DNA of 64,000 nt from Paecilomyces variotii (taxonomy: Eukaryota). Below are positions 11,231 to 22,791 of this stretch, piece by piece. The position numbers and the translations under genes are program-made. The notes below the pieces were generated by a model. It saw only the letters and a list, made by a program, of their open reading frames with translations. It did not search any database and had not been told where the DNA came from. The stretch lies in assembly GCA_004022145.1 (NCBI GenBank), contig RCNU01000005.1; one strand, given 5' to 3'. Position 1 is the first letter of the stretch. The number at the start of each line of letters is the position of its first letter.

Positions 11231-12661
11231 TTAAATCAGGAATCCAATAGCACCCTCGAGATCTCCGTTCGCTGCATCTAGGGCCCGAATAGCCTCCTCG
11301 CGAGTGAAGCCAAGTTCAGTAATCTTGGCAATCGAGTCCTGCGGCCAACGTGATGCAGGAGCAGCTGAAGGGCGGATGTTGATCCTCGGAGCAGCGGCTG
11401 AGGATCCCGCGCCGGTCGTCTGTTGTTGGTCGCCAGCCGCTTGATGCGTAACTGCCCCTGTTCTAGCACCCACTTCAGCGCCGTGAGAACCGCGGATTAT
11501 AGGCTCATCTTCGAATTCCTCCTGGAACTGCTTCGGGATCTCTGCTTCTCCCAGGAATGGCACTGCTTGGTCTTGGATAACCAGTGCGCCATTTTTCAGA
11601 TCAATGCAAGCTTGATGTCTTTTGAGCATATCCAAGCCGAGGAGAAGATCGATATGCTTCCCTTCCATCACTGTAAACGAGCAAGGCAGGAACATGCTGC
11701 CGATTTTAAGCTGCGCAGAATGAACCCGTCCGATGATCGTTGCCGTGCCGACACCCTTCGCGATACCGCCATACCGACGGTCAACAAGGCGCATGATGTT
11801 GCACGCTTCAGCACATTCGGGAGACATGATTGTCACCTGAGCTCCGGAATCGACGAAAGCCTTCACCTTATGGCCATTCACTTCAACGGGAATGTAGAGC
11901 ATTGTCACACGGCCGAAAGCTACAAACAGTAAATTAGAGACCGTCATAGATCAGTTAATGGGAAGTGGAAACTTACATTCTGGGTTGTGCTCCATGGCAG
12001 TGTGTAGGTTCTCCGTGACCGCGTTTTGGCGAATAATCTCCTCGATCTCACGCTGGTTGTCCGCATTGAACGGATCGGCGTTCAGCATAGCAATTCGAGC
12101 CTCCTTATCAGCTTCGATCTCAGCTTCCCTTCGTTGTTGAGCAAATAGCACCTCGCGAAACCGCTGCGAGTCCTCCGCAGCTTCCGCCAGTTCTGGGTTC
12201 TGCCTCCGCACTGTTTCCCGAACATGTGGATCTCCCAGAAGGTGCAGACGAAGAGTTTCAGGGTCCGGCGTCATCGCCTGTCTTCGTGCCAGTGCTTGTT
12301 GTGTTGCTGCATTCGCACCTCCTCCTAAGCTTCGTGTGCCTGGCTGCTGACCACGAGTGCCCACATGGACACCAAGCATGTCACCTTCTCCGATGCCAAC
12401 TTGCTCCAGTGTTCGTGAATCGTCGTTAAGCAGTTGGTTGTTGAAGACTAATCTCTGTGCTGATGGAGGAATGTTGGACTCGCTTTCGATGATAGCTTTG
12501 AGGAGCTCTATGTTCATGTCACCACCGACATCAAGGGATATGATGTCGGCGTCCGACTGGTCAGGCCGGATAACGCTGACTGTGATGCGCCTACCAAGTA
12601 ACCAGGATATTAGTAGGGCGATAAAGATGATGATGAAGAGGAAGGTACTAGATACTCACAT
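11231..12661 (-). CDS. ddi1: DNA damage-inducible protein 1 (UBL - retroviral-like aspartyl protease - UBA)
   Basis: UBL domain ([11 protein letters not shown]...[10 protein letters not shown]), [12 protein letters not shown] protease motif, LLLGLDML, and a C-terminal UBA ([28 protein letters not shown]). Introns 12659-12591 and 11976-11920. Confidence 0.95.
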
Positions 12662-15135
12662 CTCGCTATCAGAGCGCGTGGGATAAGGCTGTAGTCGTTC
12701 GAAGGGGGTTGCGGTCCTACGAAGCGGGGGTACTGAATAGCTGCGGGGATATCCTGCTAAAAAGCAAGCAGAGCGGTTCTGGCTTGGGAAAAGAACTCGA
12801 TGATGAGATCTCTGAAAGAAAACGAGTGTGAGAGTTTTCTCAAAGGCCAAGCGCTAGAACTTGCGTGGGATAAGCTTAGGCAGATGGAGATAATGTCGCG
12901 TGGCGGAACTGTCACCGACGTAAGCAGCTCTCTACCTTGCGGGACGCAGCGGGGAACCGTTGAGAGCCTAAAGTCCAGCCTGCAACTGTTATCCCGCCAG
13001 CACGCCTCACCGTGAAGGGCAGCTTTTCGATTCAACGCAATCTAACATCACCAGTCTTCATAATCTGCCAATACTGGTTGCTGCTGACATGCTATGTTAG
13101 GAAAGCCAGTTCTTGCAGTCCGAATCCGGTGAGATGCATGGAGGCAACAGCGGAGATGTGAGAACCACGAAAATAAGTCGCCGCAACAGCACGCAATCAG
13201 ACATCTACCGTGGGATATGTCTTATCCCTTTCGATCGTGCTGGGTATGTTGCAGCCTCGAGTCCTCAACGATCAAGTTTTTGTCGATATCCTCTCATGCA
13301 TTAGAGCCATCGATCTCTAGCAACTTACCGTAGCTTTGCATACCCCGACAGCCAGGGACACTGAACCAGTCAGAACTGGGAATCAGGAACCGAGAACGGC
13401 CTGCAAGGTGACACAAAGATGGATGGTCCCATTGAGACCATGTGGGATCAACGGTCCCCGGGTGGATGGAGAGCAACGATGTGTGCGTTGGCCTGCGTCT
13501 TCTAAGCACTCACTAATGTCGCATCCTCTTCCCCGCGGCCTTGATGCACCAGACTGCAGTCATCTGAATCTCCCAAATATTGGTCCGATTGTGGCCGTGC
13601 GCCATCAGCATATTATGCAGATAATAATGTGGCAGTGTCCTTGGCTCTTCAGACGAAACACACCACTGATCTCAGTGTTTCTGGACAATCCATGTAGACT
13701 AATTCTCAGCATCATTTTTAGCTCTGTTATCTGCTTGTCGTGTTTTCACCTTTGAGAAGGGATAGTCCGAACACCAATATTGCCTATTGCATATATTATA
13801 TGCACAAAAGGCCCCAAGTTCCCAAGCACCAGGTTATGGAACAATCACTACAAGGCTCGAAAACGTCGGTAGCGTCGATAGGTGGATAATAACTGGCACT
13901 TGGTTGAATGGGATTTGGGACTTACTAGCATCTATCCTTACTATCGTTTATCCACGAAATAGTTCTTAAGGACTATGTATTTAAAAAGGTTAGAGGATGC
14001 GATTGAGCAGCTCTATATGTTGTTAGATATATAAGCCAAATGAAAGAATCTTACCACTCCACCGCAAAACCGAATTTGTCTAAATGACCGACTATCACTA
14101 ATATCTTATATACCGAAAATTCACTCTACTTAGACATAATACTTGCGACTATAGGCGCGAAGAATTAAGTTCTAGACCCTCAGCCAAAGTGGATTATAAT
14201 CTGCATTGACACCTGTCTGACAGGTAAGCCAGCGAGTTGGCATGGAAACTTTAAATTTAGCAAATCTGCATATGTTTCATTTTGCAGAGGCTGTCTAGAC
14301 CGCAGGGCAACATATAATTCTAATACTTTCTACAGGGGTAAGCTTACTGTTATGCGGTGTTGTAAGAGCTGTCTCAGTCCGAGACTCTGCATTTCCTTTA
14401 AGATTCCCAACCAACGTCAGTCATCAATTCGTTAAATACATTGCAAAATGGGCCGTCTTGATGTTCTATTTTTCGTCTAGTAGTATTGAGCAGCGTTTGT
14501 AAATATAGAAAAATTGGGTATCCACATGAGAATGGCTAATACGTTCAAGAACAGAAACTTCCTGTAGGACTCTATGCGTGCCAACGCCGTCGCCGTGAAT
14601 GTACCAACTCCCGTGAGGCGTATAGAGCGTTGCTGTACGCGGGTCAGGATGGTAGCTGTGCATTGTGTGTAGAAAACTGCCTCGTATCGGGTCCCGCTGC
14701 CTGTGCATAGATGAATACCACTTTTGTCCATGGAGCAAAGCTGTGGATAAGCCCTCGGGGTAAATGTTGATATCATACGGGGTTCCACACGTTGATCTTC
14801 CAGAGACTGAAAATATCGCCCTTATTGGCACCTGGGTTCCGTTGTAAATATGAGCGGAAGGACGAGATAATCCCGAAGGACATTGACTAACCGACAGTGG
14901 TACTGGTCCCATTCCGGAATAGAAGACGACAGCAGCAGACCCACTGTATGATTGACAAGTGAGATGTTCACCTTCATGACGGTATAGGACTGTCGGCTTT
15001 GTGTTGGATCGCCCATTGAAAACAACAGCCTTATTCAACGCTGGAAAGGGGTAGGCCCAGTTAACGGTGTCGAAGACTTTTTATCCATCCCAAAAGCGGA
15101 GCGAAGTCCAGCGATAGAGCCGTAAACATCTTACA

Positions 15136-16137
15136 TCATGCTGGCTTTCTCCCGTAGACGATGTAAAAGTCGAAGATTGCATGAATGGAAGGATTCCATG
15201 CATCCTGTCTGGTTCTCGCCACAAGATCAGCCACAGCTTCCTTGGACCATCCTTCATGCCTCGTCAGTACTGCCAGTGCCGTTGCCTCAAAACCAGTCGC
15301 GATTTGCATCAAATTCAAGAAGCCCACAGATTTGAGAGTCTCGTCCTTTGGCCATCCTCCCATAGGAACCAAGAATTTCTGAACGTGGATATCTTCAAAC
15401 CCTGCATCACGAAACCAGCCTTCTAGTTTTGAACCAGGAGAACATTCCACCTCAGCCTTGGCGAAAGCTGGGCGGATAACATCGTAGTACTGTTTGATAG
15501 ACGTCCCTTCGGTTGATCCGTCTTGAGAGTACATATTGGCGTCCCAATCCTGGAACTCAACATAACCTCCGGGGGTTGTAAATTCATAACAGCGCCGTAT
15601 GAGCCTCGGAAAGTCTTTGCATGATACCGCCAAGTAGCGTGCATGGATGAAGTCAAACTTTCGATGACCATACAACCACTCATCTTCAAAATCATCGATG
15701 ACAAATCTCACGTTCGGAGGGATCCAAGCTGGTTGTATCGGACTGAGGTCATTGCCCCAGACCTCCGTGGAGGGATAATCATCCGCAAAGTCGATGGCCC
15801 ATGATCCTGTACCGGTGCCAAGGTCAAGCACACGATGAGGCGTCGGAGGAAGGGGAGATAGAAAGAGTCTACCGCCCGTCAGGGTCCGATATAACATATG
15901 CAAAGTGTCGAGCCGTTGCTTTTCCGGTTCATCATTTGGAATGAGGTAACGGCCATCGCGAAATGCATGATACCGTCTGCCATTCTCATTTCGGTAATCA
16001 ACAGCTGAAGCGGTAATCGAAGCAGTAAAGTTTGAAATCTCGTCCCCATAAGAAGAATCGTTTTCGAAGGCATAAGTATCAACTTCGACCGTGGCAGGTG
16101 GCACTGCAGCGTTATGTTCTTCTTCTGGACTGTCCAT
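15136..16137 (-). CDS. SAM-dependent methyltransferase, LaeA-like (Methyltransf_23) family; intronless
   Basis: Single 333-aa ORF with ENGRRYH, PNDEPEKQRLD, the SAM motif VLDLGTGTGSWAIDFAD, DLSPIQP, FDFIHAR and PGGYVEFQD. Confidence 0.92.
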   Translation of the reverse strand: MDSPEEEHNAAVPPATVEVDTYAFENDSSYGDEISNFTASITASAVDYRNENGRRYHAFRDGRYLIPNDEPEKQRLDTLHMLYRTLTGGRLFLSPLPPTPHRVLDLGTGTGSWAIDFADDYPSTEVWGNDLSPIQPAWIPPNVRFVIDDFEDEWLYGHRKFDFIHARYLAVSCKDFPRLIRRCYEFTTPGGYVEFQDWDANMYSQDGSTEGTSIKQYYDVIRPAFAKAEVECSPGSKLEGWFRDAGFEDIHVQKFLVPMGGWPKDETLKSVGFLNLMQIATGFEATALAVLTRHEGWSKEAVADLVARTRQDAWNPSIHAIFDFYIVYGRKPA

Positions 16138-17541
16138 GGCAATGCAGTAGCCGCCGCACTGATAAGTAGACTCTTCGAGACCTGGTGGCTTGAGCTCCGC
16201 CGCGAACGCTGAGGCGATATACAGAGCATTCTGACAGGAAGACGGGGAACTCAGGGCCTCTTATGCGACTAGATGCACGTCGACCTCCACGTGGACGGGC
16301 ATACGGAATAATACAGCTGCAATCGTAAGAGCAGTAGTTCTGATTCTTGAGACCGACAGGGGATGTGACGATCTCCACATGGACTCATCGAAGACGGTTG
16401 TTTAATAGCGGTAGTAGTTGAAGTTCTTACCTACCCTAGTTCTGACGGCACGGCACTAGAGGCTGCATGGTACTTTTGTGAGTATCGATTATCGCACCAT
16501 CTCCAGAAACGGCTGCGTTGACGAGATTCTCGGCCATATCATTAACCACACCCTGGTTGTCCCCAAAAAAGGGTCTTTTTACATATGCATGCGCAACATA
16601 CTCTATCTTGACACTGGAAAATTTGTCCGCCTCGATTCTGGTTCAGTGCTCTGTCCAGCGGAGATCAGTTCTCTAACTGCTCCGCACACACGCATCACTC
16701 CATAGGTTCTGAGGGATCACTATTGATGCAAACCTCGATTTGACCACTCCTCATCGAAAGGCACTAATCGTCGGGTTTGCATAACAAGAATTAGCACTGG
16801 CTTGCCTGTTCTGGAGAGGGCGTCAACAGGGGGTGCTCATTGGGAAATGTAATAATGCAGACGTACTGTACAATAATGGGGAACCTAGCCTTTAAGAAGC
16901 AGACATGTCGGTACGGCGTATGTATCTCGTAGATATAGCAGTCTAGACTATGTGCCTAGTTATACAGTTGTTCTCCAAAGTTATGTATGACCAGAGCTTG
17001 CCATATTGATGCGCTAGCGGCGGCCCAATACTTAAACAGGGCATCATGGCTTTTATTCTGTTTGGCCTCAAGGTGAGTTGTTGCTGCAAGGGCTAGCCAC
17101 TCTGCGATCCAGTCGTGAGCTGAAAGACAAAAGAAGAAGCTGACCGTAGGCCTGTGCCCATCTTCTCTTCCAATGACTCGATGGCGGCGGGCGAAGTCGA
17201 AGCGTGGCGCAGACGCTGGTTTCACATCGCGCCCGATGACGATGTCATCATCAGCCGCTGATCGCCGGTCGAACAAAAACCAGGCTGTCCTGCGCTCTTC
17301 GAGTGTCCAACAGCTGATATCTACAGCAGATCAACCATAGACTCTTCATCCCGGAAAGCCTCCAGGTTTCTTTGTGATTTTCTTCAACTTGCCTCAGTTA
17401 CCGTTCCTCATCTCATCCACGGTTCCTCTGTGCCCCGCCTTCCGCGGCCCGTCACCCGCTCTCGTCATCCAAGGCTCACCACGAGGCCCTACGCGATAAG
17501 TAAATACTATCCAGATCCGGTGATATATATCAGAACAACAC

Positions 17542-19044
17542 ATGCCGCGATACGACGACTTTCGTTCCTCGACCGGGAGTTTGGATCCAGGAGGCGCCCG
17601 TTGGGATGCTGAACGGTTTACTCGAGAGCGCCAGGAACGTGCGTACAATGCGCGTGCCCCGCCAGTGGTAGACCGACCATACGATGCGCCAAGGCGTCGC
17701 ATGGAGGATGATTTCTTCGAATCTCGCTTTGTCGAGGAGGACAGATATGGACCGCCAGCCAGACGGTTGGATAGACACTACGACGATGACCATCTTGTCC
17801 GCCCCGCCGGACCTTTAGTTGCCTATGACCGCCGCCATGCAGATGGTCCACTACCCCGTCCAGGCCTTTTGAGGCGGCAGTCCTCATTAGACAGCTTCGA
17901 CCGTCCTCCTCGAAAGTTTGATGAATACTACCGTGACAGCTATCGTGTTCCGGTGACCCCATTGAGACCACCCAGGCGTCCGTCTCCGCCCCGGTTTGCG
18001 GAGCGTGACTATTACGAAGACGTTCGCATTGCTGATCCCGACCATTACGGCGACGAGGAGTACAGGGATATCAGGGAGCGCGAGCGGACGGTAGAGCGGA
18101 GACGTCCTAGAAGCGACGAAACCCTGAGAGAAAGGATGGTGAGAGAGGTCGAGATCGAGAAGCCTTATCCACGGAAGGGAAAGACACGCATGCCGAGAAG
18201 ACTTGTCCACACAAGAGCGATCTTGGAGCTTGGTTATCCATTCATAGAAGAAGTACGTATAGACATGCGGCGACTCTTTCCTACCGGCGGAGGACTAACA
18301 TTTGGGTAGGGAGATATGATCATTATCGAGAAGGCTCTGGCGAAAGAGCAGATCGATGAGGTAGTCAGTCTCAGCCGAGAGATCAAGAGACGGACGGAGA
18401 GTGAGTTCCTACATGACTACCAGTGACCGGTCCCATACTGACGAGCACAGTTCGCACTGTACGTACTTCTCCGTCACCGGTCCGTTCAAAGCGCAAGGAG
18501 AAGTTAGTCGAGAAGGTCGTGATGGAATCGGACTCGCCGCGGTCGAGCCATGAGACGCTCATCATTGAGAGGTCGCCGTCGCGTCACCGATCGCACTCCC
18601 GCGTCCGGAGCGAGCTGATTGAAAAGCGCGAGGTCAGAGAGGCTTCCCGCCCTAGATCTGTATCCGTGCACCGCAGGCGGCGTCGATCGTCGCCCATGCG
18701 TGTCATTGAGAAGGACGACGTTATAATAGACGACAATCGCCATCTTCAGGTGATTGTGCCGGAACGTCACCGTCGGAGTGACCGCGACATCCGCGCTGAG
18801 ATCGAGGCTCTAGAAGCGGAGCAGAAGGCCTTGCAACTGGAACGCCGCACCCGGGATGTTGCGCTAATCCGGGATACCGAGATCAGCGACCGTGAAGAGG
18901 TCTTGGAGGTGAAGAGAGATCGTAGAGGTAGGATGAGTCTGGTCCGACATAAACGGTGATTTATCGATCGAGACCTAATGATACCCTTGTGATATAGCAC
19001 CTAGTGCGAGACTTATACGGGCGATGCTGGCGACGGTCACTTGA
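17542..19044 (+). CDS. Conserved fungal Arg/Glu/Asp-rich protein with a PYPRKGKTRMP...LGYPF.EE domain (DUF8035-like)
   Basis: Exons 17542-18252, about 18310-18400, about 18451-18927 and 18998-19044. Conserved block KPYPRKGKTRMPRRLVHTRAILELGYPFIEE-GDMIIIEKALAKEQIDEVV. The spliced C-terminus is APSARLIRAMLATVT*; the unspliced form stops at 18959. Confidence 0.8.
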
Positions 19045-19741
19045 TTTGTCCTTGAGTTGTCCCTGAACCGCCAGTCTGCACTTCGACGATTCGAATGAGA
19101 CCCACGCCTTTTATTACCTATTTGAGTTCTGTTGGCGTTAATGTTATCGGTTTTTGCTCCCTTTAGTCTGGTTGTCGCTTGATAGTTGTATAAGTTATCC
19201 GGCACTCGTTCACCACGCCGCTCCAGGCAGACCAGCCAATACCCTGACCTGTTTCTTGCCTCTAGACAGGCAAATCATGTTATATTATTGTATGTTTCGG
19301 AACATGCGGTGTTTCAAGGCGGGGAATGCTAAATTGCAAGCTTCTTTTCCGGAGCCGCCATGGGGAAGCCTTGGAATTGGGATGCGCGAGTCTTTTGTTT
19401 CCTGTAACTTAAGAGTGTATTTTCTAGTGTAACGGTCTGTGCCAGTCACTAGTCCCATTGTATCAACGGTGAAACTTTTAATTTGATAGAAACGATGTCG
19501 ATCAGTGTCATATGTAGTATCTTATCTAGGAGTAACTAAGCGGCAGTGTTTTGTGCCTCAGGCTGCAACACGACACCAGATCTGGACAGTTTGGCCGCTG
19601 AGCACGAGTTGGGCTCGGGGGAGCCGCTCGTGGCTGTCATATCGACTGCGTCCAAAGCACAACGTTCGCCAAGATCATCCTGTCACCGTTGGACTTTTAC
19701 TCAGCAGCTATCTCTCTAAATCGACCGTTTCGATCGCAATC

Positions 19742-20958
19742 ATGGATAAAGTGCAAGCTTTCGGCAAGAACTTCAGGTGAGTCCACGAACGCATCAATGT
19801 TGCCTCGTTCTTTGGTGTCGACGGCCTACTCCAACTCCACGCATACCATCGCCTAGCAACGCTGATGACCATTCACTAACTCAGTCTACCTTATAACAGC
19901 TCAAGCTTCCAACCCTTCGCGCAGCGCGCACAGCAGTATGTCAAGGAGCAGCTGGGCCAGGTCGACGAGAAGACGCAGCTGCCGGATGAGTACATTGAGC
20001 TCGAGAAGCGCGTGGACGCTTTGAAGCAGGTCCACCAGAAGCTCCTCTCAGTCACGTACGTATCCTGACTTCAAGTTATCTGTCGTGTCCATGAGGTCTA
20101 ATATTGTATCGCAGTTCTCAATACTCCAACGAGGCTTACGACTACCCTCCAAACATCCGCGAGTCTTTCAATGACCTGGGCCGCACCATCAGCGAGAAGG
20201 TCCAGCTGTTGTCGCATGCCACTTCTCCCGCTGAGGCTCAGGCTGCTTTGACTGCTCCCCCATCCGCAAAGCCGCAGCCAAAGACGTTCAACCATGCCAT
20301 CGCGCGCTCTGCTTTGGCGGGGTCCCAGCTGATCGCCCAGAACTCCCAGGGCGAGGACCCGCTTGCGACTGCTCTGGAAAAGTACGCTCTCGCCTCGGAG
20401 CAGGTGGGTGAGGCGCGACTGGCTCAGGATGCCCAGATCCAATCGCGATTCCTCGCTGGCTGGAACACGACTCTGAACACGAACTTGATGTTTGCAACCA
20501 AGGCTCGCAAGAATGTCGAGAATGCGCGGTTGACCCTAGACTCCATCAAGGCCGCTAAGAAGGCCCAGGCTAAGGGTGACTTGGATAACCTGAGCGAAGA
20601 CGCACGTGCCGAGATCGAACAGGCGGAAGATGAGTTCGTCGGCCAGACTGAGGAGGCCGTCAGTGTCATGAAGAACGTGAGTCGACGACCATTCTATTTC
20701 CTTTCATAATGCATGCTAATGATGACAGGTCCTTGACACTCCCGAGCCCCTCAGAAACCTTGCGGATTTGATTGCCGCACAGCTAGAGTATCACAAGCGC
20801 GCGTATGAGATCCTCAGCGAGCTGGCCCCCGTTGTTGACGGACTCCAGGTTGAGCAAGAGGTATGATTATTTTTTCCCGCCCTACGGTTGATCATTACCA
20901 CTCATTAACGATACACGCGCTTTAGGCTAGCTACCGGAAGAGCCGTGAGGGCGCTTAG
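19742..20958 (+). CDS. gvp36: BAR-domain Golgi vesicle protein Gvp36
   Basis: Five exons: MDKVQAFGKNFS, KTQLPDEYIELEKRVDALKQVHQKLL, YSNEAYDYPPNIRESF, IEQAEDEFVGQTEEAVSVMKN-VLDTPEPLRNL, ending ASYRKSREGA* (TAG 20956-20958). Confidence 0.92.
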
Positions 20959-21482
20959 TTATGATAACGGAGGCACGTTTCGTTGATTTTCTTGCTTTTC
21001 GTTTGGTTGCGTAGGAAGTTTTAAGCCATGTCTGTAAACGTCCATTATCTGAGTTTGCGATTGTTGTGATGTTGCCGGACTTCTTCTAGAAGTTCATTCC
21101 CCATTAGTTAAGTTTTGTCAGCTTGTAGCTCGACACAGACACATGTCTTTCTCTACTTCACTGGTTACCCTCGAGGGACCAATAAATGCAACGGTATTCC
21201 ACAGCTCCAAGGTTCGATTTACATACGACACTCTGTTGTCTGGCAAGATGTACACTGAATATGCACGGACCGCAGCGGCGTATAGCTCGGCATGGTCCCA
21301 AAATAACTCCGCATGGTGCTGAATTCTGCCAATAGATATTCTCCGCGGAGAGCAGAGCAGGGATCTCTACCGGTCAGTGGAAGGCCAATAAGCAGTCGAG
21401 AAAAGGCAGGTAGGGTAGACTAGGTACAACAGCAGCAAGGGTAGTAATATATGATATATCTATGTATAAAACACACAAATCA

Positions 21483-22791
21483 TCACGGCCACTCTGGTAT
21501 GCCAAATCGGTTAATTAGACCAAAAGCCTGATACAACGGGTCTAACCACCGATCCACTATCCACAGATACCCATTGGCAGCCTCGACCTGCGTGACGAGA
21601 CCAGCGTTCATAATGAATATGGCGTCTCTCTCTTGGGTGACGGTGAGATTAAGCCCTGTCACATCACTGGCAACGGAGACAGAGCCATTGAATTGTAGAC
21701 TGGCAAATATCTCGCCGCCACTGTCGAGCCAGCCATACTGCCACATTAGAGTGTTGAATGGGCTCTTATACGGCGCGACTAGAGTGTCTGTTTGAATTGG
21801 TGCTGGTTAATAGTTTGTCTTGATTCTAACTAGAAGGAGCAGAGAATATGAAGGGTCCAGTAGGACTTTCTTGGGTAGGGAAGTATGCAAGAAAGCATGC
21901 ATGGCACTTACGGTACACGGGAAGAATCGTAGGCATAAGGTCATAAGCCTGATTCTGCGGGACGACAAAGAACTGTTTGAAGCCATACTGTTTCGCAAGA
22001 CGACGCAACGTATCAGGCGTATTCACATTGAGTAATTTGGAGGAATTGACCAGTCGCGAGTCATTTTGTATAAATTCAGCAATAGTTAAATTCGTCCTCT
22101 CGCTCGTCGGCGCAGCAGTTCGATTACTGGGCCCGCCACCGTAGATGAGGAAAGGGTCGATGACCTGGTCGATCTCATGGATGAAGCCATTATCAGCGAC
22201 AATATCCTCCTTGACGATTGCGGCCTGGTCTTCGATCAGGACCGTGCCATTTGTGGAGTTAGTGGAATCAATATAGTACCCCTGCACAGTCTTGGTGAGG
22301 ATGCCTCGGTGGAATTGCTCTGTTGTATTGGACAGCTGGAGTGAGGTAGAGATTCCTCCGGCGCTGCTACTCCCTGAAACGTGAACGAGCTCGGAGGCTG
22401 TAAGACCGGCCTCGACAATATGCGTGCGCAGTAGCGCCTCTATCAGAGGATAAGCTTGCTGAGTCATGAGAATGTCGAAGATGGCATCAGGGATCTTAGA
22501 CCAGGCCTGTTCAACTGGTTAGGTAGGTTTCTACAGTTGTAAATTACCAGAGTCTATGGGGCTCACGGCGTTAGTAGGAGCCAGAAAGGTGTAGTTGCGT
22601 TTGTCCTCGTCGTAGTTGAAGCGCTTGGTGAACAGTGGGTTGATCTCCACTATGCCACCCGTCATATTGTATACATGAGCATATGTTGACAGCTCTGGAA
22701 CTTCAAGAAGCATATCCATGAGTGGAGAAGCCGTCACGGCCTGGCTGATAATGACTGCGATCAGCGCCGCAATTGCTGCGAGAGAAGGCAT
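21483..22791 (-). CDS. Secreted fasciclin (FAS1) domain protein with two FAS1 repeats
   Basis: Signal peptide MPSLAAIAALIAVIISQAVTA. H1 motif YTFLAPTNAAW; H2 motifs ADNGFIHEIDQVI and AANGYLWIVDRWL. Introns about 22566-22507 and 21912-21788. Confidence 0.85.

Noticed and set aside
14466..15038. 190-aa minus-strand ORF downstream of the methyltransferase
   Set aside because: TTG start, no recognisable domain, and competing frames look equally plausible. It could be debris but cannot be supported.
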